A stretch of 64,000 nt of DNA from a virus (IMGVR_UViG_3300028840_002104:21819-85818); one strand, 5' to 3'; shown: positions 45,963 to 54,062, numbered from the stretch's first letter. Translations and numbers: made by a program. Notes: generated by a model from the letters alone, not told the origin.

Positions 45963-46504
45963 TGTCAGAACCGACTCAGCCTATCCAGCTAGTTTGGAGG
46001 TTTGGTCATGGATAGTCTAGTCAAGGCACAAATGAGATACGTTCTTTTTCTGAGCCCTTTGGCGCGTTCCTTAGAAGCGTCAGGAGATGCTGCACTCAAG
46101 CTCTCGGCTGCTTATGGTCGTGATGAGCCAAACATGGAGGCTGAGTTTGTGGCAGAGGCGCTAATGTTCTACGTTCAGGCTATCGCTTGTATAGATGTTA
46201 GAGAGGATATTCTGAATGATGGAACGAATGACGCGCTTGTTGAAAAGGATTATGAGCACAGAAATCGGTTGATGGCCAAGATGTATGATAGTTTCCGAAT
46301 CTACCTCGATAGGTTCAAGAGGCAGAAGGAAGGCCACAGAGACTATGGTATAAAGGAGTTGGCTGAAGCTTTCGTGCAGGCGGCGAAAGGCGGAGGCTTT
46401 GACTCTGCTCACCGTTTGGTAACTATGGCTTCAGAAGAGATCTTTGGTGGTCACGTTCGGATATAAAGCATGAGTTGCTGGATGGGCTGATTCGGTTCTG
46501 ACAC
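45962..46504 (+). repeat. Cassette 6 inverted repeat (45962-45989 / 46477-46504)
   Basis: GTGTCAGAACCGACTCAGCCTATCCAGC / GCTGGATGGGCTGATTCGGTTCTGACAC; 28 nt, 1 G-U, 1 C-U. Confidence 0.9.
46008..46466 (+). CDS. Hypothetical early protein (cassette 6)
   Basis: GGAGGTTTGGTC-ATG. Confidence 0.7.
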   Translation: MDSLVKAQMRYVLFLSPLARSLEASGDAALKLSAAYGRDEPNMEAEFVAEALMFYVQAIACIDVREDILNDGTNDALVEKDYEHRNRLMAKMYDSFRIYLDRFKRQKEGHRDYGIKELAEAFVQAAKGGGFDSAHRLVTMASEEIFGGHVRI

Positions 46505-46544
46505 TCTGCCAAGAGATTTCACGGGTTTTGGTCCCCATGACCAA

Positions 46545-46627
46545 GGCAGGCGGAGAACATCTCAACCGTTATACTTAGAGAGTTCGGCCAATTTTCGGAC
46601 ACGTTCTCCGTCTGCCACCTCCTATTT
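46545..46627 (+). terminator. Stem closing the early transcript
   Basis: GGCAGGCGGAGAAC / GTTCTCCGTCTGCC (14 bp) then ACCTCCTATTT. Confidence 0.5.
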
Positions 46628-46640
46628 GTATAGGTTCCTC

Positions 46641-46669
46641 TTGACATTGACATCAGGATAGGTTACATT
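46641..46669 (+). promoter_or_regulatory. sigma70-type promoter
   Basis: TTGACA-N17-TACATT. Confidence 0.6.
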
Positions 46670-46728
46670 GGGTGTAGATAGTGTCAAACGTTGGCACTGC
46701 GGCATACACCCTTTCTAGTAGGATGATT

Positions 46729-46761
46729 GGGCGGCCTTCACGGGTCGCCCTTTCGTCTTTT
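46729..46761 (+). terminator. Intrinsic terminator / attenuator hairpin
   Basis: GGGCGGCC-TTCACG-GGTCGCCC followed by TTTCGTCTTTT. Confidence 0.6.
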
Positions 46762-46770
46762 GGAGGTCCT

Positions 46771-47034
46771 ATGAAAGTCGAAGTTGAGATAGATGAAGAG
46801 TTACTTGAGCAGGCGCGGGGATATCTGAAGAAGCTTAGAGAGGTAGACGAAGGTAAGTTTGCTGAGCAGGAAAAGATTCTTGGTCAAAAAGTGTCATTCG
46901 CTCTACTGTCAAGGCTATCAGGTACTTTCGCATCGCTAGGCTTGGAAATCACCAAACAGGTGGATGCTGATTTAGGCGAAAAGGCCGAAAGGCGTTTCTT
47001 TCCAACGCTATTAAAGCGTAAGAAGGATACTTGA
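46771..47034 (+). CDS. Small protein, possible RHH-type N-terminus
   Basis: SD GGAGG; MKVEVEIDEELLEQAR. Confidence 0.55.
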   Translation: MKVEVEIDEELLEQARGYLKKLREVDEGKFAEQEKILGQKVSFALLSRLSGTFASLGLEITKQVDADLGEKAERRFFPTLLKRKKDT

Positions 47035-47059
47035 CAGTTCTTTCCATGTCTGCTAGAAT
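47031..47059 (+). promoter_or_regulatory. sigma70-type promoter of the ArdC-like gene
   Basis: TTGACA-N17-TAGAAT with TGn. Confidence 0.8.
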
Positions 47060-47101
47060 GTTACTGTCAGATGAAATCTGAACCAAGAGAGGAGGCCGAA
47101 A

Positions 47102-48106
47102 ATGGGGAACTCGGTCTATGACATCGTTTACGAGAGAATAGTCCAGAAACTTGAGGAAGGTGTTGTTCCGTGGCAGAAGCCGTGGGCAGGTTGCAAACCC
47201 CCCGCCAGTTTGGTCAGGAAGACCCCCTACAGGGGAATCAACGTTGTCCTGCTTGCCATGTCTGGCCAGTCGTCGCCTTGGTGGTTGACCTACAAGGATT
47301 GTAGACAGCGCCTGGGTGGGCGGATCAAAGATGGCCAGTACAACAAGTGGTCAATGGTAGTCTTCTGGAAACCTCGCTTGAAGGTCAATGGCAAATGGCT
47401 GAATGATAAGCAGTTTGCCGCCTTCAATCGGTCGTCCATCGGAGATAACGATGAGGTTGAAAGCGTTCCACTACTCAGGTACTACCGAGTTTGGAACCTA
47501 TCTCAGTGTGAGGGTATCCCTGAAGACAAGATCCCTGAAGAGGTAGGCAAAGATGGTGAGCCTCTGGATCTCTGTGAAGAGATCGTTGATGGTATGCCTT
47601 GCCCTCCTGCGATAAAGCTCTCTGATGTAGGTAGAGCTTTCTATCGTGGAGGTATGTTCGATGAGGTGTCCCTTCCACGTCCTCGATACTTTGAGAACAA
47701 GGAAGCTTACTACGTGACCCTCTTTCACGAATTGGCTCATGCAACTGGCCACGAGAAGCGGCTAGCGCGGAAGAAGGCTGCGGCTGATAGTCGATTGGTT
47801 GGCTCCTACAGTCAAGAAGAGCTGGTGGCGGAAATGACTGCCTGCTTTCTCTGCTCTGAAGTGGGCATCGAATCGACCTTTGATAACTCAGCGGCTTACA
47901 TTAGCGGCTGGCTTGAGTCCTTCGACGGAGATAGAAAGATGCTGGTGTTTGCAGGTCATGCGGCACAGAAGGCGGCAGATTGGATTATGAACCGCATTCC
48001 AGATGAAAAGGTTCTTGATCTGATAGGCGGCAAAAGTGCAGGTGTGACAGGGAAAGCGTGCTATACTGAAGATGTAGATAGAGCAGCATTCGCCAATGTC
48101 AATTAA
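47102..48106 (+). CDS. ardC: ArdC-like antirestriction protein (ssDNA-binding domain + zincin-like domain)
   Basis: LE.GV.PWQKPW, YRGIN, W.TY, Y.VWN..Q, A.Y, TLFHELAHATGH..RL, Y..EELVAE, SAAYI..WL. Confidence 0.88.
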   Translation: MGNSVYDIVYERIVQKLEEGVVPWQKPWAGCKPPASLVRKTPYRGINVVLLAMSGQSSPWWLTYKDCRQRLGGRIKDGQYNKWSMVVFWKPRLKVNGKWLNDKQFAAFNRSSIGDNDEVESVPLLRYYRVWNLSQCEGIPEDKIPEEVGKDGEPLDLCEEIVDGMPCPPAIKLSDVGRAFYRGGMFDEVSLPRPRYFENKEAYYVTLFHELAHATGHEKRLARKKAAADSRLVGSYSQEELVAEMTACFLCSEVGIESTFDNSAAYISGWLESFDGDRKMLVFAGHAAQKAADWIMNRIPDEKVLDLIGGKSAGVTGKACYTEDVDRAAFANVN

Positions 48107-48305
48107 CCTACTAGAAGGAGGTGAGCCCGAAAGCCATCAATCTGTTATGCCAACACTTGCTGCTCTATTTAGACGGGATTGGCGGCCTGAACGGTGACTC
48201 TCTTGGTTGGTCTGAGGTTGGGCAGTTTCTATCGAGTGACCCCTTTGGCAGGATACCTCGCCCAGGCACTGCCCAATCTCGACCATTTGAAAGGAGTGTC
48301 AGACG

Positions 48306-49163
48306 ATGGAGCCTTCCTTTTCTGGCCATGGTCTTGACGGTTTGACTCCTGATCCTTTTAAGCTGTCAGACGATACAGTCAGAGCCTATTGGTATCTTCG
48401 GGACGAACTTCTGAAAGAGTCCCAGGTTGACCTCGCCTGCGATTGCCAACGGAGCCTCGGCTACGTTCTCCTCTTCGCCCAAAAAACTGTCTGGGCCTTT
48501 CGTGCATACGACCGCCTTCGGATGATGGGCTTTGAGTATGCCGACTATCTGAGCGCCGGTGACGGCTATCTTGGCATGGGCCAGGTTTGTCTAGCCAAGG
48601 GAGATCATCAAGGCGGAGTGAATGCGATTGAATCAGCTCTTCAGATGTACTCTAAGGCCAAGGCTGTTCACAGAGCGGGAGTTGCCAATCTCCTGCTAGC
48701 ATCCTTCTTCTGCGAGATAGGCAAGCACAAAGACCTGGGGATAAAAAGTCTCTTCATGGCCACATCCATTCTTGAGGCAGCACAAGATTCGTGCCGTCTT
48801 GTTGTGGCCAAGCAGTTGATAGCGGAACTGAAAGACGAGGAGCCCGCATGTCCTTGCCCTATAACGCTCAAAGAGTTTGACCTCTCGGACAGAGAGCGTG
48901 GGCTTTGGTCGGCATGGTCGCTTCCCGTTTTGCCTGTGGCCACGTTCTATGCTCAAGAAGCAGGTAATACCGTGGTCAGAAGGATTTCCATCCAGCCATG
49001 TCGAATGATCTATGTAAATGATTATGGCGATATCGCGGATGTTCGAGTGATTGGCGGCTATCCAGAAGTAGAGATCAAATCGTGCGAAATCTCTACCGCA
49101 GAAGGCAAAGGTCGGAAAGCAGTGCTTGGCGACACTGCGTTTAAGCTAATTGGTGAAGGTTGA
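48306..49163 (+). CDS. Hypothetical protein with TPR-like helices
   Basis: SD AAAGGAG; G.V.L..GD...G...A...Y pattern. Confidence 0.55.
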   Translation: MEPSFSGHGLDGLTPDPFKLSDDTVRAYWYLRDELLKESQVDLACDCQRSLGYVLLFAQKTVWAFRAYDRLRMMGFEYADYLSAGDGYLGMGQVCLAKGDHQGGVNAIESALQMYSKAKAVHRAGVANLLLASFFCEIGKHKDLGIKSLFMATSILEAAQDSCRLVVAKQLIAELKDEEPACPCPITLKEFDLSDRERGLWSAWSLPVLPVATFYAQEAGNTVVRRISIQPCRMIYVNDYGDIADVRVIGGYPEVEIKSCEISTAEGKGRKAVLGDTAFKLIGEG

Positions 49164-49178
49164 TGGCTTTCGTGTGCC

Positions 49179-49343
49179 ATGGTTAGAAAATGTGGACAGA
49201 AGATGGAAGTGTTCAGTAGAGTCGTAGGCTATCACCGCCCAGTATCTCATTGGAACCCAGGCAAGCAAGAAGAGTTCGGAAATCGCAAGCCGTACAAGGT
49301 TGATGAGGCTCAATTTAGAAAGGAGCCCGAAGCGAAAGGATGA
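49179..49343 (+). CDS. Free-standing NrdD C-terminal glycyl-radical domain, 54 aa (not in ORF track)
   Basis: MVRKCGQKMEVFSRVVGYHRPVSHWNPGKQEEFGNRKPY; RxxGY and WN.GK..EF..R motifs of class III RNR. Confidence 0.8.
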   Translation: MVRKCGQKMEVFSRVVGYHRPVSHWNPGKQEEFGNRKPYKVDEAQFRKEPEAKG

Positions 49344-49347
49344 AAGC

Positions 49348-49836
49348 ATGGCCTATTTGAGTATGAAAGGCAAGTCCATTTGCGAGATGTGCGAAGACTG
49401 GGAAGGTCTTGGCCAGTATGATGACTGTGATGGTGACTGCTCCAAGAAGGTCTTTGGTGGCCGCTTTGTGTTGATAGATGTCCACGAGTTTGTGGATCTT
49501 CTCAAGGCGCGGTCAAAGGTAGAGATAGACGCTCTGAGAGAGAAGCTTGCTGTTACGGAGAGGGCTCTCAAGGCGCGGCTGCAAGACGTCAGAAACCTTG
49601 AGAAGAGGTACGACGAGATTGTCAAGGAGAGAGACGGTCTCGAAGAGCAGGCTAAGCATTTACTGCGGCAGGTTGAAGACCCAGGCGGTCCTCTCCAGGA
49701 GCTTAGGTGTCCTCATTGTGGAATGTTTTCTTTTGCTGAGAGAGAGGCTGTCGCAGGCGCTCGGAGACTGCCTAACTATTGTTGTTGGTGTTCCAGATGC
49801 GTGGACGAGAAACTAGAGACGGAGCTTTCAACATGA
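49348..49836 (+). CDS. Hypothetical protein (Cys clusters + coiled coil)
   Basis: SD AAAGGA; CEMC, CPHC, CCWC. Confidence 0.55.
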   Translation: MAYLSMKGKSICEMCEDWEGLGQYDDCDGDCSKKVFGGRFVLIDVHEFVDLLKARSKVEIDALREKLAVTERALKARLQDVRNLEKRYDEIVKERDGLEEQAKHLLRQVEDPGGPLQELRCPHCGMFSFAEREAVAGARRLPNYCCWCSRCVDEKLETELST

Positions 49837-50090
49837 CTTACTCTGAGATTGGTGAATACACTGAAGAAGAAGAGAAGCCTGCGGAATTGACAAAAGTGGA
49901 AGGTCAGTTGTTCTACGACGGCTTACCCGTTTTTGAGATCCCACGCAAAGGTTACGATCATTTGGTGGATACCTTAACGTGGGAAGGTCTCCAGACGATA
50001 GCTTTCAATGGTGGTTTCGATTACATCATTGTAACCAAAGTTACAGACGCGGTAGCGGATGACCACGTGACCATCTATGAGAAAGATTGA
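49833..50090 (+). CDS. Hypothetical protein
   Basis: ATGA overlap. Confidence 0.5.
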   Translation: MTYSEIGEYTEEEEKPAELTKVEGQLFYDGLPVFEIPRKGYDHLVDTLTWEGLQTIAFNGGFDYIIVTKVTDAVADDHVTIYEKD

Positions 50091-50161
50091 AGGTCTAGAG
50101 AGAGATCTCTTAGGCGTGATTTCTGTCTTTACTCCTGCGCGGTATCGTAAGGAGGCGGCGA

Positions 50162-50365
50162 GTGAATAGAAGAGAGTTTTGGAAAAGTCTTGTTGGTGCA
50201 GGCGTTTTTCTTTCTCGCGGAGAAAAAGAAGAGCCCAAAGAACCTTCAGTTCATAGTATCTATTCAGCTCCAGATACGTTTGTTGTTGTGAAGAAGCAGA
50301 CAGGAGAAGCGGTCTCGGTTAAAGAAGTGAGCCCAAACGATAGAGTGGAGATAGTCTTTGAGTGA
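50162..50365 (+). CDS. Small protein with twin-arginine-like N-terminus
   Basis: MNRREFWKSLVGAG; SD AAGGAGG. Confidence 0.5.
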   Translation: MNRREFWKSLVGAGVFLSRGEKEEPKEPSVHSIYSAPDTFVVVKKQTGEAVSVKEVSPNDRVEIVFE

Positions 50366-50588
50366 CTGGCTCCAAGAACTTCTAGATGATGTGCGAAAAG
50401 ATTGGTATCGTGGAGATGAAGAGTCAGATACTCCGTTTCAGATTGAAGGCACGTTCTACGATGAGTCCTTTGTTGCCGAGTCTTGGATAGTTAGATGTAG
50501 GCGTTGTTATAGAAGATTCGCAACTTCTAAATGCCCTGCTAAGCTCGTATGCAGGTGTCAAGCCGATTTCGGCGGGAGAATGAAATGA
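50358..50588 (+). CDS. Hypothetical Cys protein
   Basis: Coupled ORF. Confidence 0.45.
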   Translation: MSDWLQELLDDVRKDWYRGDEESDTPFQIEGTFYDESFVAESWIVRCRRCYRRFATSKCPAKLVCRCQADFGGRMK

Positions 50589-50923
50589 TTAGACGATACA
50601 CACATGAGCCTTTTCGAGATGGCCGAACTATCTATCGTATTGAGCCTTGTCCTCTCCACGCGGAACCAAAAGTGACAGTACAGGTGATGTCTGACAATGA
50701 TCTAGACCAAGGTCTAAGAGTTGTGGATATTTCTTGTCCGAGCTTTGATGACTTCTATAATGGCGTAGGTCCCTTTTGTCGAGGATCTATTGGTGCTGAA
50801 GGTTTGGTTAACTGCTGCTTGGCCGAGTCAGGAGATGAAGAGAGCTGTCTTCTCTGGGCTCAGAAGCTGTGGCTTGAGAGGTCCGAGCCTACTACCCAGG
50901 TCGCGGAGAATAAAGATGAATAA
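50585..50923 (+). CDS. Hypothetical Cys protein
   Basis: ATGA overlap. Confidence 0.5.
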   Translation: MIRRYTHEPFRDGRTIYRIEPCPLHAEPKVTVQVMSDNDLDQGLRVVDISCPSFDDFYNGVGPFCRGSIGAEGLVNCCLAESGDEESCLLWAQKLWLERSEPTTQVAENKDE

Positions 50924-51045
50924 TGTAGCAATGAAGCTCTTCATGCTTCCTCTTGAGAAAAAGATAGCGCGGAAGAGAGAAGAATGGGCCTATTATACAA
51001 ACATGCCCTTAGATAGACCACCATCTTTAGCTAGGAGTATTCCAG

Positions 51046-51333
51046 ATGGCAGCAGAGCAGCAAGTGTTCCTCGTACTCGAAGACACGGATGATCCAGATC
51101 TTGTCTTTTCGGTAGGTCTCTTTTATGATCCTGAAGAAGACCAGGTGCCAAGGCTTCAGTTTTCTTGGTCCAGCGCAGAGGAGTTTTCAGAAGAGTTCAT
51201 TGTAGATGATGCTGTCAGCATCAGTTTTCCTGACATGGCTGAAGTAGATCTTTTGATTGACGCGCTGAAGAAAGTGAAGGAAGAACTTCTAGTATTTGAG
51301 ATGCTTTCAGGTTCTTCAACAAAAGGAAGTTGA
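51046..51333 (+). CDS. Hypothetical acidic protein
   Basis: SD AGGAG. Confidence 0.55.
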   Translation: MAAEQQVFLVLEDTDDPDLVFSVGLFYDPEEDQVPRLQFSWSSAEEFSEEFIVDDAVSISFPDMAEVDLLIDALKKVKEELLVFEMLSGSSTKGS

Positions 51334-51334
51334 C

Positions 51335-52585
51335 ATGGCAGAAGAAAAGAAAAGAAGAAGACGTAGACGGAAAAAGAATGTTGCTCCAATTGACAAAACT
51401 TTCCCTGGCGCGGAAGAACCGGCTGATAAAAGAAATAAGATAGCACTACTACTAGAGATAGAAGAAACATTAGTAGAGAAGTTATGTGTAGATAGAGAAG
51501 AAGTCCAGCAGAACTTGAGAACATTAGCCTTTGGCAAAGCTTCTAGTATACCTGAAGAAAGTCCTCCAGCAGTCAGCAAAAGTCCTTCCAGTCCTGCGTC
51601 TTTGCACATAGCCCCCAATTGTGCAGGAGTCGGAGAATGTTCCGAAGATCCGCCCCACATTAATCAATTAGGGGCGGAAAAATCAAACATTGCCGCCGAG
51701 AGTGATCTTTCTGAGGAAAACTGTGATGACCCTCCCAGTACTAATGTTTCAGGAAAGGAACTTTCGGCGGCTTCTCTTGCACTAGAAGGCGGCCTTTCTG
51801 AGGATAAAAGTGGTGAGAATGAGACTCCTTTGACAGTAAGCGCGGCACCAAATGAATTGGCTACTATAGAAGAAGATAGAGAACTAGTACCCTTTGGCGT
51901 ACCACATTTGGTGAGAGCTTGTAACAATTGCGCTTATTTTGATCTTTGCCCGGTTTCAGAAAGAGACACGGTATGCCAGTTCGTTGGACACATTCAACGC
52001 CATGAAGTTAAAAGTGTAAGTGATGCTATTGACGCAATGCGTGGCATTGCGGAGAAAGAAGCAAAGCGTTATGAAGAAAGCCTTCTAAACGAGAGGTTCC
52101 AGGGAGGGGAGTTAAGTGACAAGACGTTTAGAGCGGCTGATAGTGCTTTTAGTAAGCTCTCACAAGTAGTTAAGATGGCATCAAAGAATCAAGGTAGCAC
52201 GCCAGCAGAAGAAGTACTTACAGTGAAAGGTAAGACCGGTGTCATTGACAAGCTGTTTGAGAAGGTACTAAGCGGCGGACTAACAATAGACGTAGCTGAT
52301 GACACGTCACGTGAGGAAGCTGGAGACCAATTGAGCGAAGAGTCCTACAGAAACCCTCTTGACACGATTTCGCCAGATGATGTGCTAGCGCCACCTTCTG
52401 ACACACAGGAAGGTCTAGAAAATTTTCCAGAAGGTGATCCTGAGACAGTAGGAGTACCTGACAGTATGTTAGGAGACATTCTGGACATTACGGGAGAAAA
52501 GTTTATTGAAAGTGAGGCACAAACGAAACTGGCACACGGGGAACTACCAGAGGCAGAAATTTCCGAAAACCCATTGACCGAGTAA
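51335..52585 (+). CDS. Large acidic protein with central Cys4 motif
   Basis: Basic N-terminus, disordered acidic flanks, CNNC....CP......C core. Confidence 0.6.
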   Translation: MAEEKKRRRRRRKKNVAPIDKTFPGAEEPADKRNKIALLLEIEETLVEKLCVDREEVQQNLRTLAFGKASSIPEESPPAVSKSPSSPASLHIAPNCAGVGECSEDPPHINQLGAEKSNIAAESDLSEENCDDPPSTNVSGKELSAASLALEGGLSEDKSGENETPLTVSAAPNELATIEEDRELVPFGVPHLVRACNNCAYFDLCPVSERDTVCQFVGHIQRHEVKSVSDAIDAMRGIAEKEAKRYEESLLNERFQGGELSDKTFRAADSAFSKLSQVVKMASKNQGSTPAEEVLTVKGKTGVIDKLFEKVLSGGLTIDVADDTSREEAGDQLSEESYRNPLDTISPDDVLAPPSDTQEGLENFPEGDPETVGVPDSMLGDILDITGEKFIESEAQTKLAHGELPEAEISENPLTE

Positions 52586-52628
52586 CTGGGACTAACTGTA
52601 AGTAGTTTTACTGTCGAAGGGATAAAAA

Positions 52629-52751
52629 ATGGGAAGAACAAAAAGAGGAGTAAGAGACGGAAGTGGACCCTACAAGGGATCTTACAGGAGAAAGACCTCA
52701 AAGATTGGAAGAAGAAAAGCCTCTGGAAAGAAATGTCCGAAGAGGAAGTAG
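52629..52751 (+). CDS. 40-aa very basic peptide (not in ORF track)
   Basis: MGRTKRGVRDGSGPYKGSYRRKTSKIGRRKASGKKCPKRK. Confidence 0.45.
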   Translation: MGRTKRGVRDGSGPYKGSYRRKTSKIGRRKASGKKCPKRK

Positions 52752-52767
52752 TTCAAAAGGATGAAAG

Positions 52768-52962
52768 ATGGAGAGAAAAGATCTACCTCACGGAACAAAG
52801 AAGCTATTTGACACTTTCTGTGCCCAAAGAAAGAGGCATAAAAAGCTGTTGAGTAAAGGAGGCCACAACTGGAAAACCGAAAGGGCTTGGTTTGACCTTG
52901 AGAATTCAGCGGTAAACTTTGCTCTTGCTTTTGGCAGGCACTTTAAGGAGTTTGGCAAATGA
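52768..52962 (+). CDS. Hypothetical protein
   Basis: SD AAAGGA. Confidence 0.5.
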   Translation: MERKDLPHGTKKLFDTFCAQRKRHKKLLSKGGHNWKTERAWFDLENSAVNFALAFGRHFKEFGK

Positions 52963-53057
52963 TTGAAGGCATAAACTACATCGAACTTTTGGGAATGATG
53001 CTTTTTGCGATGATTGTTGGTTTCGTTTTGGGAGTATTGTCGAAGAGGGAAGGATGA
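52959..53057 (+). CDS. 32-aa membrane peptide (not in ORF track)
   Basis: SD AAGGAG, ATGA overlap, hydrophobic core. Confidence 0.45.
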   Translation: MIEGINYIELLGMMLFAMIVGFVLGVLSKREG

Positions 53058-53061
53058 AGGA

Positions 53062-53364
53062 ATGAGTATCCTTGTAGCTGTTTTTGGAGCGAGGTTTGGC
53101 GAAGACTCTCGTCCAGAGAAAGGCGGGATTTAGTGTCTCCCTGAAAAGGCGCGGATTGAAACGTTTGATTTAGACCCTCCTTCCGAGAGTAAAGGGGAGA
53201 CAACGGTTTTGGTCTTCTTCAACTGGGACAAAGAAAAGGCTATGGAGACCAAAAAATATCACGAGGGCCTGGACATTTGGACAATTGAACTTCCCAAAAA
53301 GGCGAGGATTGAATGTATCCAAGTCCCCAAAGAAATGATGGAGAGCCAGAATGAGAGATCCTAA
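53062..53364 (+). pseudogene. 100-codon ORF interrupted by in-frame TAG at 53131-53133
   Basis: Fills an operon gap; internal repeat LPEKARIE/LPKKARIE lies after the stop. Confidence 0.5.
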
Positions 53365-53773
53365 CAAGACCGTCGAATTCTACGACATGAAGAAAGATGC
53401 AGGAAGAAACTTTTGGGCTGAAGTCCAAAAACTTGCAAATGGGGATATCGACTGCCTGATAGTGGGTTTCAAAGAAGCTAGCGGAAAGGCTGAGATGAAG
53501 CTCTGGGAAGTGGAGGCTCTTTGGTTACGGGACTTTCTAATTGAACTTCTTCCCGTGAATGCAGTAACTCAGGCTGTCTGGGAAAGAGAAACTGAGTTCT
53601 TGAAGGGTCTTAGAAAGCAGTTTTTGAACTTCCAATCAGTGGCGGAGCAATTACTCTTCTTGACAAGTGAGGAAGCGGGAAAGGCCTTGTGTGAGCAGGA
53701 GATAAAAGACCTTCTTAAGGAACGCGCCCACGATTTAGCGGATTTGGTGTTTAAGATTAAGGATAAAGAATGA
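53351..53773 (+). CDS. Hypothetical protein
   Basis: 140-aa coupled ORF. Confidence 0.55.
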   Translation: MRDPNKTVEFYDMKKDAGRNFWAEVQKLANGDIDCLIVGFKEASGKAEMKLWEVEALWLRDFLIELLPVNAVTQAVWERETEFLKGLRKQFLNFQSVAEQLLFLTSEEAGKALCEQEIKDLLKERAHDLADLVFKIKDKE

Positions 53774-54030
53774 GGGTCGTTCGTTGGATCTTAGATCAGG
53801 TCCTATACCTTGCTTTGATGGTAGTAGTCATGGTCATGACCATTGGCTACAGGATGAGAAAATGGAGGGAGAGACGTGCAAACGTTAATCGCAAGATTAG
53901 ATACTGTGGAGAGTATATTGATACTCGTGGCGGTAGGTACGATCACATATCTAGGAATTTTAGGTATAATGGCGTGGATCGCAAGCAGGGTCTTGAAAAA
54001 GATGGAAGAAAACGAGAACTTCAAGACTGA
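53770..54030 (+). CDS. Membrane protein
   Basis: N-terminal TM helix, ATGA overlap. Confidence 0.45.
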   Translation: MRVVRWILDQVLYLALMVVVMVMTIGYRMRKWRERRANVNRKIRYCGEYIDTRGGRYDHISRNFRYNGVDRKQGLEKDGRKRELQD

Positions 54031-54062
54031 CTCCTGGTGGCGGTAGTAGAACGAGGAAGAAG

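Noticed and set aside
42649-46504. Inverted repeats as IS/MITE ends, integron attC sites or invertase sites
   Set aside because: Arms differ between cassettes, no target-site duplications, no transposase/integrase in the window, all cargo is in one orientation, and the mismatch spectrum fits folded RNA
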